A stretch of 64,000 nt of DNA from Phoronis australis (lineage: Eukaryota > Animalia > Phoronida). How positions within the stretch are numbered: the first letter of the stretch is position 1; each line of letters begins with the position of its first letter. The DNA lies in NCBI GenBank assembly GCA_002633005.1, contig NMRA01000667.1:53793-117792 (forward strand), in the 5' to 3' direction. Under the pieces are notes generated by a model that saw nothing but the letters and a program-made list of their open reading frames with translations, was not told the DNA's origin and made no database searches. The position numbers were made by a program, and so were the translations under genes. Positions 13,001-25,000 of the stretch are shown here, in pieces.

Positions 13001-16000
13001 ATATTGGATGTGACCAAACATGAAAGCTTTGGAATAAAACAAATCTAAATATTAATTGCTACTCGCCTTCCACTGACAATCTTCCCATCCGGTTTCCTCT
13101 GTAGATGAACTTTCACAACCCAGCTGGAGTGCTCGCGTAGTGTCATCACACGGCTGGAAGAATACGCGAGCATAAACAAAATGCTTGAAATACGATATTT
13201 CTGTCAGGCACACACATCCAGTCACAGCCCTAACATCTATGCAAAGATGCTGGTAATTTCCACATTACGTAACCAGTAGCAGATCATTATGCTGTTGTAG
13301 GTAGCTTATTGAGCCGCCACAACCAAAACGTATAAAACCGAGATGTATTTGAACACATTCTCCAACTTCACGCTATAGCTATCAGCAAAGAGCTGCTGTT
13401 GAACAAGTGTGCAGATCAGTAACACAGGTAGTTGTCCAGTCAGGTTTTATACATTGTAGCTCGATCTAACTGTTATTGTCACGCACACTAATGAAGCCAT
13501 GGCGACAAGCCATCTACATAGAGAGGTGTACGCAAGGTCAGGGTGTTTATCATAAAGTGAAACATTGCCCACCAGACAAGAAGACACCAAGTGCTAGCCA
13601 TCAACCACACAGACCAGTTATCTGAAAACATCCGTCAACCTAACAGTTACAAGACTAGCTTATTACATGCCTTACAGTTATGCCATGCTTGGCAAGCCAC
13701 TGGGTGTTGACAGTCAAGCATACAAAATAACAGAGCTTTACTATCACACCTACAAATCACCAAGGACTGTCACACAGTGTTACAAGCCAGACAATTCTAG
13801 CCACACAATACAAACCCTACACTAAGTCACAGCCTTTCACCAAACAAGACTCATCACCACACCACAGCACAATGTCCAGAAAGGTCATCCCAGTCACAAG
13901 CTCAACCAATCACATAGCCACAAACACGGACAAGTTCCAGCCACTCAATACAAGCCCCTCCCCTTGTCTGGGTAAAAGCCGTCAATCATACAGCCAGATG
14001 GAGCCATATCCACAGCCAACTGTCGACTGAGACTATCCCACAGAATCACTGACAGGACTAGTCATGCAGTCACTCACACAAATCAGTTGAAGACCTACCA
14101 GTCGCTGGGTGCAAGGCGTCTATCATACAGTCTAATGGAGCCATCTCCACAGCCAGCTATCAGCAGGGACCGGCCCACAGAGTCGCACGCTAGACTAGTC
14201 ACGCAGCTATCTGCGCCTGTCGGTATATCCTGCACCTTCAATTCTTTCTGTACGTCCCACACACGGACCACGCGCACGTCGCCAGAGGCCAGCAATGTTG
14301 ACGACTCTTGTTCCCAGTCGAGCACCAGCCCGGACCCTGCATCAGAAAAATTGTCCAGTATTGAGCTATGCAAACTACAAGAAGAAGAATAAGAATTCAA
14401 ATAAATGTCAGATATAACAACTAAAATTAGAACAATGTTGCCAGTCCAAGTTGTTGTTATTCCTTGAAATTATGCAAATTATGCAAATCTAATCGAGCAC
14501 CACAGAAGACTGAAAAACAATCATTATTATATATACTGTGAAACTTGCACAAGTTGAACATGCCCACGTTGGATTTTCACTTAACTCGGATGAAGTTCCG
14601 CGATTCAATTGTTCTAGCTCAAGCACTCAGCCCTTCACACAATTCAAACTTCACCGCACTCAGATAAAATCTCTCGGTCCGATTCGATCCGACTCATGTA
14701 AGTTTCACTGTGTTTTACTTTTTAAGCTCCTTGAGAATTCATTTCTGCTCAGCTTTACACAAAGTAAAATTAAAACTACGCCATTTAATAGAACAATTGA
14801 TCCCGAAAACTTCCTCTTTTTCTGTTGCCACAAAGAGCATGCAGAGAAATTACGAGAAGATGGTGCATACCCCTAGTTGAAGGCAACATGTCCGATAGCG
14901 CCTGCCAGGCCGTTACCAGAGAAGTGTCTTCCCGATCTTCCTGACAATAGTTACGCCATATTCGAACAGCACCGTCGTCTGCAAAGAGAATTGTATTGTT
15001 GGGGGCCATGTCACATCAAACTCTCAGAACATCCAAGCTTGTCTTGACATCTTGACGACATGGGTTGGGGGATGCACGGTAAAAACACGACTTCAGCGTG
15101 GCACAGTCCACAGGCTTGTACTCAGATCTTAAAGTGTTTAGTCGGTCCCCTATCGCCTTTTATACCGCTTTTCAAGTCGTTCCCAGAACTACCTTAAGTT
15201 GGTGTGACAAGACCCTTAGTGGAGCCTAAGGGGAACTTAATAAGAAATACGGACAACGGTTCTGATATCTCTTTTGGCATTATCCTGATGACTGTTATCC
15301 AATTTCAAAACAAAGTACTTGTAAGCATACCAGTCACTGCAACATCAATTAAAAAATTCTGAAAGGTTCAAGGATAAGCTGGATCACAAGGCCAATAAAC
15401 AGATAGGTCCAAACAGGCAAAATTTACTGACTACTGCAGTGCTTCATGCACACCATTTAAAATTCTTAAAATTCAGACCAATAAGTAATCATCAGGCAGG
15501 CCAGACTTAAAGAAATGTAATATTCACTGGTATAAATTTGAATTCATATTGAATTCCAGAAAAGCCTTGAAAGACAAAGCTAGCATACAAATTACTATCA
15601 CCAAAACATGCCTTTACGTCCTCTTAATTCACGCAAATGTCCAACAGAAAATATCCCCAATCATGAATATTCATCAATAACGCAAAAGATTCTTACCTGA
15701 ACCCGTAAGAAGAAGTGCATTGTCGTGTGGATTGATGAAATGCATGGCAGTGATGCGCGTGTTTCTCTGGTTCTGATTGTTAAAGTAGGATAGCCTAGCA
15801 CCCTGTTCCCACTCCCAGATACTGCAACGAGAACGTCAGTGACAGTACGGTACAGTTTTGTCACGGAGGCTCAGCAGGAGCAAGAGCACCGAATTTTATT
15901 CACGACTCGACTTCAACAATGACCAATCACAATGCGTAAAATTTAGTTTTGCACAAAGTTTGACCTCAGGCTCAGGGATGATATGATTTGATGCTAGGAC

Positions 16001-19000
16001 AGCATTAAAAAAAATTCCATCACAAATTCCCCCCCTGGTTGCCACTCATTTCCCAACTTGCAAATACTATAATCAAATACTTTCCACCATTCACTCATTC
16101 GCCGCCATTTGTAAAGAAATTTATTGCTTTTGGTTCTCGACTCCTGCCGTACAAACTGTCTTGAAGTATTTGCCTAGCAAATCACCTATGTGCCAAACAC
16201 ATAAGCTATTTGCGCCATCAATCAGAACCTTTGATGGAGTATCAGCCCCTGGAGGGAGGGGGGCGCTACAGTGTCCCTGAAGCTCAACGTCACCTCAGAG
16301 TAAAGGAAAATAGCTAAGACAACAGAACATTCCCTGGACGTAGAACTGACTGATACTCAGATTACGGAATGGGAATGAGCTGGGCAGTGTAAACATATCA
16401 ATGGAAGCAACCCAACTATATTGTGGCAGTAGATTGGTTACTCGAGCTGATCTGCTATACTTTTGAGTGACACTCATGTCATGCCACGGAACAGGCTACC
16501 GCAGGGTCGCAATTGATATGCAGAAGTCCATTCAGACAGCCTGAGTGAAAAACCATGTATTGGGGTCTGTGTATACAGCGAGTCCTTAAGGAGTGTTTGA
16601 GTTAGTGCAGCTGTTACTTGCGTATTACGTCAGAATGGCTAGTGGTTGGATATAACGTGCCCAAATTTTGAGAACCAGTTTTCTGCACTGAATAACAGGC
16701 ATGAAACTGGTTCTCAAAATACGGGCACCTTATAATCGACTATTGACTCAGAATAAACGAACTGACAGCAATCCTGGCATATTCTTTCTCTGCATCCAAC
16801 TGCATGACGGTTACACTTGCAAAAGTCTATTTCAAACCTCACAAACATTTTGTTTACCTCGCCCATTAATCATGTCTAATAGACGTTAACATGTCGACAC
16901 TTTCCAACCTTTCTTGTAAGCTAAGGAGTTTCAAATATTCTCCATCAACCATAATTTGCAAATTCAGGGGAGCAGAAACCTGACTCATCCTCAGACCTCC
17001 CCCCCAGCATCCGAAATACCTCCGGTATTTTCGTAGTCTAGCCCCAAATTTCTCCGCGAAGTTGTTCCATTTCTGCAAACATACGAAGTTCAGTCATGCG
17101 GCAAGCCACATGACTTTCAAAACGGAGACAGACTGCACGTATGACTGAAGTTTTACAAGCGTAGATATAAAAACCTCCGCAGGGAAACGTGCGGCTGCAA
17201 AAATACTGATGTACCTGATGCTGTACTCAGCTCCACTATCAACCTACCTCACTGCATCCTTCTCGGCCACGGCCAAGTGAGACTCGTAGGGGTGAAACTT
17301 GAGAACACTGGGAACACCCTGGTTCCTGTTAATGAACACCTGGTCATCGAGTCGATTGAAACCTGGTCGATGAAGTGATACATTGATAATAGTCAGGCAA
17401 CAGCTAGGTAAGCTATTCAGTTTGAGAACACTATGCCTTTCAACCTTTTGAAATTCAAAGATGCTTAATTTTACAGAAACATTAATAGTGATGAAAACCA
17501 TCCATATTATTCACAAACTGAAGTAACACAATGACTCAGAACAAACAATGCTACTTGAATGTCATAACAGTATTGAGTGACGAAATCCTATATTGTTGCA
17601 AGACTCTACAGTCAATGTAGATTCCGACTAAGCTGACATTGTTTGCCGAGGTTGTAAAAACTAACATTAATTGGTATGTGTAGGAGTCCTATCTCATGAT
17701 GCTGGAGTGAATCGGTAACCAATGACTACACAAAGCCTCACACATTCACTAAGGGATGAGAAAGTTAATGGTCAGGATGAAAAAGTAACGCCTGGTTCGA
17801 AAACACAAGATCTAGTGATATTACAGTTCATCTTTTCTACAATAATCTACGGTTTAACAGGGACTGTAATCAAAATACAGATGCCATTTTGAAGGTAATA
17901 GCCAATTACCAAGATCCCACATTTTGAGAACCAGTTTCCTCCACTGCATGAGGGGCATCAAACTGATTCTCAAAATCCGTGACCCCTGCAAATGACTATT
18001 GCCATTCCGAAGGTAACAAATCTTGTGAAGGATATTTTTTGCCAGATGTGCCAGCCACATCTGACAAAAAATGATGGAACTTGAATATTTTCGTTATCAT
18101 CATTGCTACAGGGCCAGATATAAACAATGACTTAAATCAATCATGATTCTTCAAAAATGCTGCTCACTCTATGCACCATTTTTGTGGAAGTTTCCGCCTG
18201 TTCACGAATGTGAAGAAAGAAGTGCACCAACCCGCTCTCCTCTGCTCCTCCTCTGCATCCCTGCGCACTCTAGCATTCCTTGTAAACCGGTAGTCCCTTT
18301 GACTGTGCGAGACACTCTCTACATCCTGTTCATCCGAGATGCGCATGACTGGCTGGGCAAAGTGCTTGCAGTTCCACTCAAAGAACTCCGTAGCCTTCAC
18401 CAGCGACGGTCGGACCGGTGGATCTTCTTCTTTGGGTTCAATCTTCAAGAAAGACACTCGGGTTAGATTTTAAAAGTTTGACACGTAGCTAAGTACTTTT
18501 AGCTTTTGCGGCAATTCCTCACTTATTTAGTGCAAAAATAATACAAAATTTGTCATTTTTTAATTTTTCAACGGCTGTTTACCATGTTGTAGGCAACGAA
18601 AATTTCACAAAAATGTCGTTTTATGACATTAACATGTTCTACTAATTAAAGAAAACTTAATTAAAATCTCTTGTCGTTGTCTAATCAATCTGCCCAAACG
18701 TCCTGTGAGCACAGACAACTTACTAGAGCTGGTCCCTTGTCAAATAACTTCCTGGACCTTGTGAACTGAGCCGAGTAGCGGAACTGGCCCTGGCTGGGAC
18801 TACTGGAGCCCCTGGCGAGAGACTGGAAGTCACCCGTGTGCGTCTCGCTCCTCGTCATCCCTGTCGACATCATGGAGAAGCCTGATGAGGTAGTGGGTGG
18901 GGTTTTGCTGAAAGACGTCACAACAGGATCGGTCATGTGTTGAACAGGTTGGTCACATGAGTAATTGCGATGTTGGCCATCAACACAGGAGCTTGTAGAG

Positions 19001-22000
19001 AATCGAAACATGGGTTCTTAACTGGATTAACAATCACAGAATAAATTTATTCAGCGGTGAATAACAATAGCAAATGTTTGCTTTTCTAGTTATTGGCTGG
19101 TGAGCATCAAAAGGCACCTGCCTCCACCCTGCAACACTGATAAGCTGATAAATACATCCACAACAGTGGGAGCAGAATGAGGCAGCTATAGCAAGATCAC
19201 CATGGTGACGAGGAATGCTTTCATAAACACAATTACATAAGCATACACAAGCGCTTCTTTAGAACTTAAAAAATCGTCAATGCAGACAGATAAAATAATA
19301 GGAAACAGCAAGCATTTGAAGTCGACGACTAGAAACCTTCTTGTTGACCATTTGTTACAAAATTATAAAATGCCGGTTGTATATAGATCACATACGTTAC
19401 TTTACAGTCTTTAATTCCTTGAAATTCACTCTTGAGGACAGACTGGATAAAGATTATAAACGACTACCCGACATTTTAGGCATGAATTCAAATTTTTCCA
19501 GTCGTCGAAAAGGGAGTTATTTGATGATACTTGAAAGAGGTCAACAACGGTTTACAATAACGTGGGATGAACACACTAGTCTTGCATGAGAAGTGGGGTC
19601 TCCTTACACGACACATTACACTAACCTGTAAACCTTGTTTGAAGGACTGACGGGGGCTGAGTGTGCAGGTGAACTGTTGACCATGGTCTTAGGCTTGGCA
19701 GTAAGACTGGCCTGTAACCACGCATATACACGTGCAACTACACAAGTTCTTTAATACAATGTAATAGGGCAGCGGAAGTATAAGAACGATTTGTTTTTGA
19801 ATACCAATCTTGTGGAAAATTCGTTACCAACGGAAATGTCTATGTAAAAAAGGCAAACAAAAATTCAACCTATTTAGTCTCAATTCGTACAAACATCACA
19901 GTTACTGAAGAAAATCATATGTGTAAAGGTAGGACCCTTGAAAAATGTCCGCATTAGGCTTACCTTCGGAACATCACACCTCGCAAATGGTTAATCATAC
20001 TCATTTGAAAATTTCCCAAAATGTTGTTAAGAATCGATCTTAAAATGTGCGAGGGGTTAATATCCAAAACAGGATTTTTATGTTTTTATGCAAACTCAAA
20101 ATTTGCTTATAAGAAATACAAAATAGTTTTCATTTTGAAATTAATGCAAACAAAATTTGGTCAAGTTGTCGATACAGCCGATTTTCTATGAATGTGTTTT
20201 TCTTTTTCACTAAATTTTACTGACAAGACATGGTCAAGTAATCAAATTCAGGGCTGATTCATAAGTCAACAAGAATAAAAAAGAAGACAATATTACTTGA
20301 TCATTTAAAAACTTTATACACTACAGCTGTCATATATAAACACACGGTGAAATTTTGAACATTTTTTTGGCAATACCACGGGGGTCTGAATAATGAAAAA
20401 ATTGCAATTTCGGCCATTATTTTGTTGGAAAGGGAGGAAACTTTATCAGACATATATTTGACGGAAAAATGAGAAAATAAAATTATCAGTCTTGAAGGAG
20501 TGATATTTGCATGTTTGAAGCTGTAGGCTAATTTTGCTTTTTATTTCAGTCTCACACAAACCAAGTAAGTTACAAACCTTCAAATTGATGGCATTGACCA
20601 GGTTCTTGGTGGTCTCCGTAATGGATGGAAATGGGTCCATCACCAACTGCAGCTGTGTCTTCCAGATCACGTTGTAGCTATTGCCGAACGCCAGTCCACC
20701 AATGAACGACGAGGAACTGCTGACTCGGCGTGTCTTCTCGGCCAGTGGCGTGCTGTCACCGCTGCCCGAACTCTCAAAGCTGCTCCCTCCGCTACTATTG
20801 TAGTTCATCATGGGCGTGAATGCTGTCACATACAGACAGATTTTTCTCAATTAATAAATTTTCGTGGATTTAAAGTGGCACAAAGTCTGACAAGAGTTAC
20901 ATGTGAAGTCCGAGTGTCGAGTCAAGCCAAAGGTGCAGCATTCACCATGCAAGGAGATTCTCGCTTCATCTCTAAGTACACGCCGGGTCATACTGTGGAG
21001 GGGCATTTCAAGAACAAAACGCAAATGCGCTTGTGTGAGTTGAATGCTGAAACCTTTGGCTTAACTCGATACTCTGACCCTAACTCTGTCAAAGTTCATT
21101 AGGCTCTTATTCATAGAGACACTCTTTGAAAGAAACAGTGCTTAGATCACAAATGAACCAGTCCTATAAATAAGTATAATGACAGCATATAAACAATGAT
21201 GAAATGAGCCCAAGCTTAAGACTTCATATTTCAGTACACACTTTCAATTACACTCAAGGACTGCCAGAAGAGACCCTTTTTGAACCCTGCTTTTTCCGCA
21301 AAAAACAGACACTCTAGGCTACACACAAAGGATGCCACACCCCTGAAACTGCAAGGTGGAAATCAGCACTAGTGAAGAATTAAAGACAAAAGTGGAAAAA
21401 CTCGTAGCATTTTAGAGGTCATGACTAGAAGACCAATGTGCAATTCAAAGTGAACTATCTAAGCTCTAAAATTGAAACATGTTATTTCCGTTAGAAAACT
21501 GTGCCCACTGGACAAAAAACTACCTGGCAAACACTCACTTCAGACTAAGTAAGGAATCATCAACCAAGCTATGCCAAGACGGACACGGCAGTGAAGCTTT
21601 TGAGCATGTTAAAATTAAGTCAACCAAACATCAAAGAGTATCAAAGTCACTCTTTCAAACCAGGTGCTTACAAAGCATTTGTTGGTTGTGATGCACAAAA
21701 TGATAAGTGAGACTGACTAACGAACAGTTGTTTTAATAAAATCATGAATCTCGTCGAGGCTTTGTCAAAATTATGACAGAAACCAGACAACAAAAAAATT
21801 AATAAATTATAATTTCAATCAGTTGAAATTTTTGCTTTGAAATTTCAACGATTTTCATCGAAAAGGAAAATCGTAAACTTGTCTGGAAATCTCGTGATGG
21901 TTGAAGTTTGGGTTTAACTCAAGATGTGAATGTGCAAAGGATTGGCATCAAATGAAACGCTCTAGGTTCCAGTCACCCATTCCCAAAGCTGGGTAATTAA

Positions 22001-25000
22001 TTCCAGGTGTCACACAACCATGCTAAGCTCATAAAAAAGAAATCACAACCATTTGAAAGGGTGACAACGCAAACTTGGAACAAACACAACTATGTTACAA
22101 CAGCAAAAACGTAATATTCAACGAAGCAGAAGGTACACAAAAAGCAAAAGGTTAGAATTCAAAAGACACGATTTCCAAATTCGTGAAGTGAACACGCCAC
22201 TTGAAGACATTTTACACCCTCTTGGAATAGCAGCCGCAGGATCAACATTCGCAAAGCAAAGCAAGGTATTGCAGGTAAGGCCTCAGGTGAGAACGCAAGT
22301 ACCTGTGGTAGGTGAACTGAGAAATGCCAGGCTTTTTAGATTGGTTTTAGAGCTACTGCGCTTCATGGCCATGTTGGAGGCGGCCATGGCAACGTAAGGT
22401 AGATCCCCTGGAAAACATGGTACACAGTGCAGCCATGGCAACAACACTCAATTCGGGGAAACTGACAGAGCTGCTCTGACATCACCACAGATGTAACATC
22501 TTGGATAGCTGAAGCTGTGAAATGTTGACGTTTGAGTGACTGGTGGAATTTTAAAAAGCAAAACTAGATTACATAATACTGTATTCACTCGGGTGTAAGC
22601 CCACATGCAGGCATGTGCCTACCGCCAAACTTTCCTTTACCGCATGTATTTGTTAGAGTACAAACCTTCCCTTCATACCCAAGAGTCCATGTCAAATCAA
22701 AGTTATCTTTTGTAACATTATGAGGACCAGTGCGAAGTTGCCTCGGAAAACAGTTCCTGACATTATGGTGCATCAACTGATAGTGCGTCGGACAAAACAT
22801 GATTCATGTTCCAGGCAGGGAATCATGACATCTAGCGTACATCATAGCGTCATTGGGACGACCAGTTATAAGAAATTACAGTTTGGACAGCATTGCCAAG
22901 AGAGAGAAAAACGATGGCCTATTTCACGACAACTTCACCAAAAACGACAGTTAAATGAAGAATTTTAATATTTTTGATTAACAAATTTTATTGAAACTTA
23001 CAATTTGTTGTTTTAGTTTGATAAATATTCCGACATAAATCGAAATCACAGACTACTATCGTCAATTCTTACCATAAATGTAACACTGATGATTGACAAA
23101 TGCTTGGAGCCATGTTTTTCCAGTGATGTCATATGCAATCCTTGCATATGACGACTGTCAATCTAGCGAATTTGGACCCACAATTTTCAAATCCTAGATG
23201 AGTTCCTGGCTATAGGTAATCAAGTACTGATCCTCGTAGCATTACACTTCATGTTAACATTTAAGACTTGCGCACCAATAACCAAAATTTCTGTCCATCT
23301 CTAACTAGATGTCTGCCTCCATTTTTTGGACCTCCCCAAGGGCTTCCACCCGCACGAAAACAGTGTTTCATTAAGTGTTAAGCAAATAAATCCGTATGTT
23401 AGTTTATTAGAAGCTCTAGTGGGCCCAGTTGCACAAAATCCATATGCTAAATAACAATGAAATCTCGTGTCAGATTGTCATTGCTGAACTATGTTTTCGA
23501 CCTCATGCAACGATCAACTTATCCAGCGGACAAGCTTTTAAGATGCTTGAAACCCACCCCATGTAAAATAGGTGTTAGTATTCGCTGAAACTGGTTAAAC
23601 TTCACCATCTACATATTTAAGGTTAGTAAAGACTACGGGCTAGAATCATTGCACAGCCACCATTCTACAACCATTGACTGACCACGCCCTCCCTGCCTTA
23701 TTGTAATAATCATCATAACTAATGAACTTTCAAACACACTACGGACTACAGAAAAAATTGCAAAATGCCACTCAAAGAATTTAGTAGAATAATCTACGAA
23801 CTTGAACAAAGAAAACAAAATGAGCAATGCATGCAATAACTTTACAACAACTTAGCAAATATAAAAAATACAACATTGAAAAGCCACTCACAACAGAAAC
23901 ACATAGCAACAACGCAATGCGTTTGAAATTGTGAAATACGCATCGGCATGCAAAACAGATCAAGATTAAAATGAAAATGAAAGAAATGAAAAAACAGCAA
24001 GATTTGACAAAGGAGTGAAACGGAGACGTGCATACTATCAAATTCTGTATAACCGAAAACTTGCTCCCGAAGTACAATCACTATCATTTACTTGAAGGAT
24101 TATCGTTACTGAAACGTGGGTAAACTCACTTATGATCTGATCATAAGATAACACTACGCATGAACTGTATATTGCACATCACATTTACTAAAAATGCGGG
24201 AAAAAATGAGTGATTAGTCAGGATCTGGCGAGACTTCTGTCACATCCGAGAGAAACATTGTTCCTGTAAGACTACTATATTTCATAACCAAAAATTGACG
24301 CTACTAAAAGTGCTGATAGACGTGTTCTGAAATAACAGTTAATTATCCAAAACAACTCACTTTGTAACTGAAATTTCACAAATGCAGAAGTGAAGGAATA
24401 AATGGATCTGACATGCGCGTTGTCAGTGATGACTCTTTTGGCAAAAGATGTCTCTCTCGTTAGGAACAGATAATCACCAGGACTACGTAGGCTTGGTCAT
24501 TGTGGCTACAAGATGATTTTGTAGTTCTAACGAGATGAAGAGAACAGAAAACAGTGGATTCAGGACACTCGGAAGAGAATCACGTCTAGGACAACGAGAA
24601 CAACGTGAAGCCTCGGAAGGCGTTGTTTACCCGTCGGGGGCGACGCGGACACTACGTGCCACCCACCCTGTGTCACTGCCGACACCGAGGCGGGTGCCTT
24701 CTCCCGCTGACGCTCGTCCTCCATGAACTGCACCGCCACGGCCGAGAACTGCGACTCAAACTGGGCGATGAGACCGCCTAGGGCAACCACCAGCTCCTGC
24801 GGGGAAGATGGATTATTGTCAGTTAAGTGAGACTGCACACGGCACATCTCAAGCACACAACTATTCTGTTGGAGGATGTGCCGGCACTTCAATGGCTAAC
24901 TAAATTACATTTTTGCATTTGTAATAGGAAATGAAATAACTAGAGTTCTGAAACATGGCAAGCTAACATTTAGGTTTTCATGATAGAACTATATCCCGAA

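Noticed and set aside
23633-23836. ORF containing STKFFEW, resembling ATEFFEW in RPTOR exon 22
   Set aside because: The match is too short, the sequence is low-complexity and there is no donor; likely coincidence.
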